64,000 bases of DNA from a virus. This document shows positions 53,453-61,412 of the stretch, piece by piece. How positions within the stretch are numbered: the stretch's first letter is position 1; each line of letters starts with the position of its first letter. Both the position numbers and the translations under genes were made by a program. The notes under the pieces are model-generated. The model ran no database searches, had not been told where the DNA came from, and saw only the letters and a program-made list of their open reading frames with translations. Location of the stretch: the IMG/VR virus record IMGVR_UViG_3300045988_166882; one strand, written 5' to 3'.

Positions 53453-53653
53453 ATGAAGAAATGGATGTGGATTCTTATCACCGCGGTGGTCCTTGTGATT
53501 GCCGCGGTGGTGTACGCTCATGAGGCGAAGATTATCCACACGCTGGTAGCCATCTTCTCGTTTGTAGCGGGAGTAGTGGCTCACTGGGCGTGGGTAAAGT
53601 ATTTGGCCGCGAAGGCCGTTAAACAGGACAACAACGATGGAAAACATTCGTGA
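53453..53653 (+). CDS. two-TM small membrane protein
   Basis: WILITAVVLVIAAVVY and LVAIFSFVAGVVAHWAW. Confidence 0.5.
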   Translation: MKKWMWILITAVVLVIAAVVYAHEAKIIHTLVAIFSFVAGVVAHWAWVKYLAAKAVKQDNNDGKHS

Positions 53654-54314
53654 CATCATCCTCGGCGCTCGTGCTCAGCGTCAGGATCACATGCTGAAAG
53701 GCTTCGCCCCGGTCCCTGAAGACATTGAGGAGGGTGAAAAGGTCGAGAAGGCCGACAACGTCTTTGAGAAGATGGCCGACGCCATCGAAAAGGCTGAGTC
53801 GGACGACGCCGAGGAAGCCCTCCAAGGCGAGATTCAGAAATCGGACATCATGCAGGCCATCAGCGGTTACGGCTCGGAAATCAAGTTCAGCCGCTTGGGG
53901 AAGGAAATCAAGGCTAAACTGAAGGCTGATATTCTTCCGCCGTTGAACGCCAAACTGCAGGTCCTTACCGCCGAACTGGAAAGCCTTTTGGGTAACTGCG
54001 GCGGTGCGCCTACCGAAACCGTTCCGCCGTGGTATACGGCCGAGATCAAGATGGACGTTCCGTTCCGGCTGTTCAGCTGGGAAGAAACCAGTGACCGTGA
54101 AGCCCCTGCGCTGGCTGGTACGCTGGTCGACAACCAAACCGAAAACGCCGTAACGCCCGAAATGTACAAGTGCCGGCGTGACTACAACGAAAAGGTTCGT
54201 GACTACGCCAACGTGGCTACCGATATCAAGGCGTGCGAGATTCTCGACACCAACCTCTCCGACAACGAACGTTACCAGCTGTCGCCTCGGCAGTTGACGA
54301 TGTTCGGATTCTAA
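53637..54314 (+). CDS. hypothetical acidic protein
   Basis: 225-aa ORF followed by a terminator. Confidence 0.55.
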   Translation: MENIRDIILGARAQRQDHMLKGFAPVPEDIEEGEKVEKADNVFEKMADAIEKAESDDAEEALQGEIQKSDIMQAISGYGSEIKFSRLGKEIKAKLKADILPPLNAKLQVLTAELESLLGNCGGAPTETVPPWYTAEIKMDVPFRLFSWEETSDREAPALAGTLVDNQTENAVTPEMYKCRRDYNEKVRDYANVATDIKACEILDTNLSDNERYQLSPRQLTMFGF

Positions 54315-54356
54315 ACCTCTTTTCTGTTTCCATTTTGTCAGGTTTGTTAGGACAGC

Positions 54357-54393
54357 GGCCCCGATTCGTAAGCGTTTCGGGGCCAACGTTTTT
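54357..54393 (+). terminator. rho-independent terminator
   Basis: GGCCCCGA (54357-54364) pairs with TCGGGGCC (54377-54384), followed by AACGTTTTT. Confidence 0.7.
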
Positions 54394-54399
54394 GAGCGT

Positions 54400-54714
54400 A
54401 TGGACCGATGGAGATATTTCAAAATAGGTGATATCGTCACCGACCCCGAAGTGTGGGGAAAGACGATGTTCGTAATACGCACGCTGCACGGTAACGACTA
54501 CTGCCCGCTGATCAGTGGCGAGTCCCTAAAACCGATCCGCGGTCGCCGTATAAGGGTAAACCTCGGCGTGGGGGAGACGCGTCTTGTAAACGCTCCTAAA
54601 CGTCCGTTGATGAAGATTCCCGACGGTACGTTGGTGCGGTTAGCTGGAAAGAGCGTTGAAGCGCGGCGCGAATTGTTAATTAGAAGCTATCGTAAACAAT
54701 ATGGCAACGTTTGA
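54400..54714 (+). CDS. hypothetical protein
   Basis: 104-aa ORF. Confidence 0.5.
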   Translation: MDRWRYFKIGDIVTDPEVWGKTMFVIRTLHGNDYCPLISGESLKPIRGRRIRVNLGVGETRLVNAPKRPLMKIPDGTLVRLAGKSVEARRELLIRSYRKQYGNV

Positions 54715-55711
54715 CCATTATGCTTGGGCTGATAAACTACCCGACGCGTCGCTCGACGTGAGCGCAGAACACCACACGGAGTTCTTCCGGACGATGTTCG
54801 AGCGTCAGATGATATGGAAACGGCGGTTCTTAGATCAGGCTCCGCGCCCGTGGACTGAAGACCCCATACTACGCGACTACAAGTTTACCAACGTCTACCG
54901 CGAACTGGACCGAAACTCCCAGTGGCAAATACGTAATATCCTACTCGATGACGGGTTGACGCTGGCGAATCTGGTGTGGAAGATGATGGTGTTCCGCTAT
55001 TTCAACAATCCCGCCACGTTCGAATACGCTCGCGAAAAGTACGGTTGGGGAGCCGGCATCCCGGATCACGACCAATACGACGAAGACCTCTTTGCCGAGA
55101 TGATAACGTCGTACCGCGCTACGGGTAACAATCCCTATACTACGGCGTATCTGATCAATTCGATGGCCACGCCCGGTAAGCCGCGCGACTACTGCTACAC
55201 GCACTTGGTCGTCCCGACGCTTCACCGTCGGTTAGGCGAACTGATGCGGACGGTGTTGACGGCTGACACTCCGGAGCAGATCATCAAGTTCCTTCAGAGC
55301 CTTCCTTCATCGGCGACGTTTATCGCTCACGAATTCTACCAAGACTTCACCTACATACCGCGTTACACCTATCGCCGTTTTATGCGTTTCACCCAAGACG
55401 ACTACACCAACGTCGGTCCCGGCGCGTCCATAGGGCTGCGGCTGGTGTTTCCGTCGTTGAAGTGCCAAATTGACGGTATCTACCGTTTGCGTGACGAAGC
55501 CCGCGAGGCTCTTCAGCAGTGTGGAGACTTTCCATACCTACATTGGGATCGCGCAGGGCGTTGCTACCGGGTGTCGCGCTGCGGCGACGTGACGCTTCAT
55601 CAAGTTGAGATGTGGCTGTGTGAGTACCAGAAGTACTGGAAGATGAAGATCGGCGAAGGGAAGCAACGCTCAATCTTCGAACCGCGAACTCGTAAAATTG
55701 TAGGCCAATGA
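54701..55711 (+). CDS. 5-hmdU DNA kinase helical-domain family protein (DNA base hypermodification candidate)
   Basis: FERQMIWKRRFLDQAPRPWTEDPILRDYKFTNVYRELDRNSQW matches, from memory, the ERQ..RR...PWT.DPIL...FTN.YR..DR.SQ signature of the HMUDK_hel family. No P-loop. Confidence 0.45.
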   Translation: MATFDHYAWADKLPDASLDVSAEHHTEFFRTMFERQMIWKRRFLDQAPRPWTEDPILRDYKFTNVYRELDRNSQWQIRNILLDDGLTLANLVWKMMVFRYFNNPATFEYAREKYGWGAGIPDHDQYDEDLFAEMITSYRATGNNPYTTAYLINSMATPGKPRDYCYTHLVVPTLHRRLGELMRTVLTADTPEQIIKFLQSLPSSATFIAHEFYQDFTYIPRYTYRRFMRFTQDDYTNVGPGASIGLRLVFPSLKCQIDGIYRLRDEAREALQQCGDFPYLHWDRAGRCYRVSRCGDVTLHQVEMWLCEYQKYWKMKIGEGKQRSIFEPRTRKIVGQ

Positions 55712-56031
55712 TCACGTTCCACACCCCGTTGGAAACGGGCGAGTTTATGGGCATCGACTTTCAGGTGATGGCCGATGACCTTTCAACCAGTGCCGCACGA
55801 TTAGTAGTCGTCGGCACTTTCATATCACCCCTTACCGTTGAAGAGAAATCACACCTCCAAGACCTCGTTCACTTAATCCGCCGCGACGGTGAGTGGAACG
55901 GTTCGTATGACGACCAGACGGACTACTACTCATGGAACGGTCATCAGGTAGCAGTTTGGGGCGATATCATCCATCAGGCTATCATCATACGCAAGACGGC
56001 CCGCAACGACTTTTTGAATCTGTTGAGTTGA
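55708..56031 (+). CDS. hypothetical protein
   Basis: 107-aa ORF with an ATGA overlap. Confidence 0.5.
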   Translation: MITFHTPLETGEFMGIDFQVMADDLSTSAARLVVVGTFISPLTVEEKSHLQDLVHLIRRDGEWNGSYDDQTDYYSWNGHQVAVWGDIIHQAIIIRKTARNDFLNLLS

Positions 56032-56068
56032 CAGCCAATTATAGCTTAACAAATCGCATAAAAACATT

Positions 56069-57829
56069 ATGTCCGGTGTAAAAGAAAGATTGGAATCGGT
56101 AGAACGCGCCATGCAGGCTCTCACGATACGTAAATCGTTGTTGATGGAGCGAGCGTTGCGCAGCGACAACCCGTCCGACATACTCAAAGCCGCTGAGATA
56201 TTCAATCAGCAATCCAAGCCCGCTAACGTTGCTCCGAAGGCGTACCTGATCGACCCTTTGGAGTTCAATTCGTTTTTGGGCTATAAGGATAAGCCGTTTT
56301 CGCTTTCGTACGAAACGCTCCGCCGGATGAGCCGCACCCCCATCATCAACTCAATCCTCAAGACCCGTAAGAACCAGATAGCCGACTTCGCTGAACCGCA
56401 GGCCGACCGCTATTCGACGGGCTTCGTGATTCGCCGTAAGCCCAAGCACGGCCAAGAGCAGAAGATGGATTCACAGGACCGCAAGATCGCGTCTTCCATC
56501 ACCGACTTCATCCTCAACTGCGGCGATACCGCTACGTGGGACGGCGACGAGTTTGATGAGTTTATTCGTAAAATCGTTGACGACTCGTTGACGTTCGACC
56601 AGATGACGTTCGAGTGTATCCGGAACCGCCGCGGCAAACTGGTACGCTTTCAGGCCGTGGACGCCGCTACGTTCCGTCTTGCGGAATCGTACTTCGACGG
56701 CGAGTACAACAACCCGTACTTCGACGGCGCCATGACCGACGATCGCCAAAATTGGGGTCCCAAGGTCGACGGCTATTATCCGGCCTACGTTCAGGTGTAC
56801 CAAACAGCCAAGGTGGCGCAGTTCTATCCGTGGGAGTTGTGCTTCGGTATTCGCAATCCGACCACGTCGATCTACGCCAACGGCTACGGCAACTCAGAGT
56901 TGGAAGAGTTGATCAACGTGGTCACGTCGATGCTTTGGGGTGATGAATACAACCGCCGTTTCTTCTCACAAGGTTCTGCGCCGAAGGGTCTGCTCCGCAT
57001 CAAGGGTAACGTCAACGAGGCGTCACTCCAGCAGTTCAAGCAGCAGTGGCAGGCCATGATATCCGGCGTTATGCAGTCGTGGAAGACGCCCGTCGTTGAG
57101 GGCGATATCGACTGGGTTGACCTCCAGAAGAACAACCGCGACATGGAGTACAACTCTTGGATGGAGTACCTGATCAAGATCGCGTGCGCCGTATTCTGTA
57201 TTGACCCCACGGAAATCGGCTGGGATATTTCACGCTCCAACGGCAGCGGCCTTACCTTCGGCGACGGCCAAAAGCAGCGCATGGAGCAATCGAAAGACAA
57301 GGGTCTCTACCCGATGCTGAAATTCATCCAGCGTAAGATCAACAAATTCATCGTCGAGCAGATCAACCCCGACTTCGAGTTTGTGTTCATGGGCCTCAAC
57401 GGTATGACCATCTCCGAGGAATTGGAGATGGACATCAAACGCCTCCAAGCCTTCCAGACCGTGGACGAGATTCGCGAGAAGTGGGACCTCCCGGCTATCG
57501 GCGAAGAAAAGGGTGGCGATACCATCGAGAACGCCGTCATCCAGCAAGCACTCAGCGCCAAGCAACAGCAGCAACAGGCGATGGGTGGTATGGGCGGCGG
57601 CAACCCGTTCGAAGAGGCTGCGGGTATGGGTATGGAAGTCGCGGGTGGCCCGGCTGATGAACCTGTGGCTGGCGGCGAAGGTGAGGAAGACGATGAAGCG
57701 CAGGCCGGCAACCCGTTCGATCTCTACGCCCAAGGCGACGAAGAAGAAACTATGAAGGCCCGTGAGGCAAATCCGCTCGTGGCCGCATTCGATGAATACT
57801 TACAAAAAGCAATAAACCATGACGAGTAA
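56069..57829 (+). CDS. portal protein
   Basis: 586 aa. RRFFSQGSAPKGLLRIKGNVNEASLQQFKQQWQ...WKTPVVEGDIDWVDLQ...FCIDPTEIG resembles the HK97-type portal core. Q/G-rich and acidic tail. Confidence 0.7.
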   Translation: MSGVKERLESVERAMQALTIRKSLLMERALRSDNPSDILKAAEIFNQQSKPANVAPKAYLIDPLEFNSFLGYKDKPFSLSYETLRRMSRTPIINSILKTRKNQIADFAEPQADRYSTGFVIRRKPKHGQEQKMDSQDRKIASSITDFILNCGDTATWDGDEFDEFIRKIVDDSLTFDQMTFECIRNRRGKLVRFQAVDAATFRLAESYFDGEYNNPYFDGAMTDDRQNWGPKVDGYYPAYVQVYQTAKVAQFYPWELCFGIRNPTTSIYANGYGNSELEELINVVTSMLWGDEYNRRFFSQGSAPKGLLRIKGNVNEASLQQFKQQWQAMISGVMQSWKTPVVEGDIDWVDLQKNNRDMEYNSWMEYLIKIACAVFCIDPTEIGWDISRSNGSGLTFGDGQKQRMEQSKDKGLYPMLKFIQRKINKFIVEQINPDFEFVFMGLNGMTISEELEMDIKRLQAFQTVDEIREKWDLPAIGEEKGGDTIENAVIQQALSAKQQQQQAMGGMGGGNPFEEAAGMGMEVAGGPADEPVAGGEGEEDDEAQAGNPFDLYAQGDEEETMKAREANPLVAAFDEYLQKAINHDE

Positions 57830-58076
57830 CGAGAAGAACACCGCGCCCATCGTACAGCTGTTGGCTGACGCTATGCCCAAGCCTATCATCGACGCTTCTG
57901 GCGGCAGCGTGATCTACCGCGGCTATGCCCCCATTGGTACGGGTCAAGGTGAGGCCGGGTGGCGCATCGAGCGTGAGACCACCGCCAACGGCATCACCAT
58001 CACCGAATACCCCATCGGCGACATGAGTTACAATTTCGTGTGGGCCGACCGCGCTACCTACGTATATTCACGCTAA
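57819..58076 (+). CDS. hypothetical virion-module protein
   Basis: 85-aa ORF. Confidence 0.5.
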   Translation: MTSNEKNTAPIVQLLADAMPKPIIDASGGSVIYRGYAPIGTGQGEAGWRIERETTANGITITEYPIGDMSYNFVWADRATYVYSR

Positions 58077-58089
58077 ACCGAAACGCACA

Positions 58090-59712
58090 ATGGCAACTAT
58101 TGACGTCGGAACTGTAGCAGGTATATCCATCGGAACGACACCTCCGTCGAATCCGGCGATTATCTGGTACGACACCACCGACAAACTCCACAAGAACTAC
58201 GACGCCTCACTCGGGCAGTGGATTCCGATGTCGCAGGCGATTGTGTCCGAAATAGGCGATTTTAACGACCTTATCAATAAAGCGAACCTTCCGGGCGGCT
58301 TACCTATCGCTGCGTTCTACAATGTCCTGAAACGCGACGCTGACGCCCAGTGGAACACCATGGTCTGGGTGGTGGGGCAAACGCGCATCCAGTACGTCGA
58401 TAAACTCAACAACATCATCGTTGAAGACTTGGCTGGTCAAGGTACTACGACGCAGTATGTGGCATCGACCAACTACTTCTTCGACAACATCGTCGCTACG
58501 TTCGACCAAAAGACCTCGAAACTCAACTACACGTTCCAGCAACTGACCGACAATCCGGCCCTTGCAGACGTGTTGTACGGCATGCGGGTCATCAACAACA
58601 TTCCTACGTTGGTGAAGCGGACGGTGAAGTCGCTGTTGTCTAATTCGAGTAAGAACTCGTTAGGGTTCGTCAATGGCTTGTACTTCGACTTCAGCGCAGC
58701 GATGAACGGCGTTATCGTCTCTGAACAGGCGGGCGATACCCAAGTCCCCGGCTACAAGCAATACAAGGCCGATTATGCAGCCATCGAAAAGGCTTTTGAG
58801 GACGTCAGCAAGATCATCAACGACTGGCAGAACGGGTCTCAACAGATGATCTTTGGCGCCAAGTTGATCGAGGTTAATCCCGTAACGGCTACGGTGGCCA
58901 CGCCTCAGGACCTGACTACGCAGGACGATTTGAAGACGGCCCTCAACAAGATACAAGGCTGGTACAACCGTCTGAAATTGGCTACCGGCATGACCCTTTC
59001 GTCGGATTATGTCAAGGCACCATCTAAGACCCGTTATCCGCAAGGAGGCGATACCGTCCAGCAGGCAATAGCTATCCTTCATAAATTCGTTGAGGATTTT
59101 GACGGTAAGGCTACAAATGTCGTCGTTGGTGGTAGCGAAGGCGACTTCCCTGCCAGCCCTAACCCTTCGTATCAGATCAAGCCAACCGACAGCCTGTATC
59201 AGGCCGTTGCTAAGATCGTCAACAACTTGGCGTCGCTGTTTGGCGGTGGAGTGAGTGATGCAGCCTATTTGGCTGATAATTTCGTACGTACCCAGAGTAT
59301 TCGCCCCAAAGCAGTCAACTCCCTGAAGATATCGGACGAACTCCACGACGCAATATTCTGTCACACGTACAATCCTGTTGATTGGAGCGGTGATGACACT
59401 ACCAACTTCATGCTGGAGCCGGGGTGTATGTTCGACGCTATCAATTCCCCGCTGACGCTCATCGACCCGGTTCTTTCTGAAGCGGACGTTTTCCCGCCTA
59501 AAATGTGGGATACCTACGTGCGCATGAAATCGAACCAGACTTTCAAGGCCCCGACGGGTTCGGCTCTGGGCATCACCGTCAGCGCCGTTTATACGAATCA
59601 GTTAGGATCGGGCGACCGTAAACTTGTCCACGTTAGGTTCATTCCCGCGGCTCGCACTCCAACGACTGGTTTCTTCTTTGTTACGACGTATTTGTTTTCA
59701 AGTCAAGCCTAA
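58090..59712 (+). CDS. structural protein, fibre-like N-terminus
   Basis: N-terminal GTTPPSNPAIIWYDTTDKLHKNYDASLGQWIPM resembles the conserved tail-fibre N-terminal motif. Confidence 0.5.
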   Translation: MATIDVGTVAGISIGTTPPSNPAIIWYDTTDKLHKNYDASLGQWIPMSQAIVSEIGDFNDLINKANLPGGLPIAAFYNVLKRDADAQWNTMVWVVGQTRIQYVDKLNNIIVEDLAGQGTTTQYVASTNYFFDNIVATFDQKTSKLNYTFQQLTDNPALADVLYGMRVINNIPTLVKRTVKSLLSNSSKNSLGFVNGLYFDFSAAMNGVIVSEQAGDTQVPGYKQYKADYAAIEKAFEDVSKIINDWQNGSQQMIFGAKLIEVNPVTATVATPQDLTTQDDLKTALNKIQGWYNRLKLATGMTLSSDYVKAPSKTRYPQGGDTVQQAIAILHKFVEDFDGKATNVVVGGSEGDFPASPNPSYQIKPTDSLYQAVAKIVNNLASLFGGGVSDAAYLADNFVRTQSIRPKAVNSLKISDELHDAIFCHTYNPVDWSGDDTTNFMLEPGCMFDAINSPLTLIDPVLSEADVFPPKMWDTYVRMKSNQTFKAPTGSALGITVSAVYTNQLGSGDRKLVHVRFIPAARTPTTGFFFVTTYLFSSQA

Positions 59713-59723
59713 AATGGTATCGT

Positions 59724-60293
59724 ATGTGCAAGGTGGTCTATTTAACATCCAAGCGTTTTAACGCCGAGGCCCGACGCTTCATCCAAGCGCTGGCTGCTGA
59801 GTTGCGTCGGCGGCGTATTGAAGTGGTCGTCGGCAACGCTTACGATGTTTGGAATTATTTCCGGCCACATCGCACCTACGGTATAGCCATGGCGGTGGAC
59901 TTCTTCGCCGACCAGAAGGACGGGTGCAGTCTGACGCTGAACCGGGTTTGCCCGGCTTTAACGCGGGACTTTGCCTACAACCTTTCGAACCACTACGATA
60001 TTTTGACGCCTCAAATTCGTTGGCGGTCGTTTCTGTTCGTTGATTCGTATGACCGTCAGTGGTATCGTTTCTTCAATCGCGTTAGTGCGGAGGTGAAACT
60101 CATAATCTACCCCGCTACGCTTACCAGCGAGGGGGACATGGACGCCTACCTCAGTGCGCGTGACGGGATTATACGGGTATTTGCTGACGAAATTGTGAGG
60201 TGTCTTCGCTCTAATTACGATTACAACGCATATGCTCGCGCCGCCAAGGCCGCTCGTATACGTATTAACGAAAGAATGAAACACAATGGCTGA
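59724..60293 (+). CDS. hypothetical protein
   Basis: 189-aa ORF. Confidence 0.5.
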   Translation: MCKVVYLTSKRFNAEARRFIQALAAELRRRRIEVVVGNAYDVWNYFRPHRTYGIAMAVDFFADQKDGCSLTLNRVCPALTRDFAYNLSNHYDILTPQIRWRSFLFVDSYDRQWYRFFNRVSAEVKLIIYPATLTSEGDMDAYLSARDGIIRVFADEIVRCLRSNYDYNAYARAAKAARIRINERMKHNG

Positions 60294-60786
60294 CGGACTT
60301 TTCATGACCACCATCTTCCCTGTAATTTCGCTTCTGTTCGGGGCGGGCGGTATTGGCTACGCCATTGTGGCGCGTATGCTGGATCGTAAGAAATACGATC
60401 AGGAAGTACGTTGTAGCCAAGCCGACGCTGACCTCAAAGGCGAAGAGTTCTGGAAAGGCCGTTATGATACGCTGATGGCCGAGTTGGACAAAAAGGAGTC
60501 GTGGTGGAAGGAACGCTACAACAACCTCTATCAAGAGGTTCAGAACGAACGTAAGTTATCCAACGAAATGATGACGAACTTTCGTAACGAACTCAACAAA
60601 ATACGTGACGAGTATGAGGCCCAGCGTCAGGCCGACCGCGATAAGTACAACCGCCTGATGGAAGAATTCCGCACTCAGGAGCGTGAAGCCAACAAGGCGG
60701 CGGAAGACTACAAGCGACGCATCAACGAACTCGAAGCCTCCATAACGGCCTACGAGGAGATGATCAAAAGCGGAAAACGGCCATGA
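60286..60786 (+). CDS. N-terminal TM, coiled-coil protein
   Basis: TTIFPVISLLFGAGGIGYAIVA followed by a long charged helix. The topology is spanin- or holin-like only. Confidence 0.5.
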   Translation: MADGLFMTTIFPVISLLFGAGGIGYAIVARMLDRKKYDQEVRCSQADADLKGEEFWKGRYDTLMAELDKKESWWKERYNNLYQEVQNERKLSNEMMTNFRNELNKIRDEYEAQRQADRDKYNRLMEEFRTQEREANKAAEDYKRRINELEASITAYEEMIKSGKRP

Positions 60787-61340
60787 AAACAGCAGTGCAA
60801 ATAATTCTCGTTTTGGTGGCCCTAATTCTCGCGTTTTTATTCGGGCGAAGTACTTATACCCCTGAACCCCCTAAAGTCGTTGAAAGGTGGCGTACAAAGC
60901 ACGACACGGTCGAATACCGCGATACAGTAAAGGTTCCGGTCCCGAAAATCATCATCCGCGACACCACCATCTACCTACCGGGTGAAATCGACACCGCCGC
61001 GCTACTGGCCGACTATCTGGCACGCAAGGAGTATCACCTCGACTTCTCCAACGACAGTATCGGCGAGTTCCGTGTCGACGCCACTGTCCAGTGTAACGCC
61101 ATTACGGAGGCCGTGTCTCACGTCAAGCCGCTGATCCGCATCCACGAGATAGAACACACCATTATCGACAAGCGAATACCCTTCATCCAAGGCTACGCCC
61201 AGATAGGAACGTCCGTGGACTTTGGTACACAAAAGTTCTCCGCCGGAGCCGACTTTCGTCAACGCTTCATGGTTGGCGCTTCAGCTATAAGGGTTGAAGA
61301 CCAGTGGGGGTATACGTTAGATTTTGGCATAAAATTTTGA
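60783..61340 (+). CDS. N-terminal TM/signal-anchored protein
   Basis: VQIILVLVALILAFLF followed by a beta-rich domain. ATGA overlap. Confidence 0.5.
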   Translation: MKTAVQIILVLVALILAFLFGRSTYTPEPPKVVERWRTKHDTVEYRDTVKVPVPKIIIRDTTIYLPGEIDTAALLADYLARKEYHLDFSNDSIGEFRVDATVQCNAITEAVSHVKPLIRIHEIEHTIIDKRIPFIQGYAQIGTSVDFGTQKFSAGADFRQRFMVGASAIRVEDQWGYTLDFGIKF

Positions 61341-61343
61341 CGA

Positions 61344-61379
61344 TTCTCTTGGCAGTTTGGAGAAAATTCAGTACTTTTG
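61344..61379 (+). promoter_or_regulatory. Bacteroidota sigma-A-type promoter, cassette copy P5
   Basis: TTCTCTT, 21 nt, then TACTTTTG (a perfect TAnnTTTG at 61372-61379). Confidence 0.65.
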
Positions 61380-61412
61380 TAGTGGAAATGAAACTTATAA
61401 ACCTATAACACC

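Noticed and set aside
59724-60293. N-acetylmuramoyl-L-alanine amidase (Amidase_3-like) endolysin
   Set aside because: There is only a loose pattern resemblance (alternating strand/helix, MAVDFFADQKDG against SIHANA). The catalytic His and Glu residues are not evident, so it is left as hypothetical.
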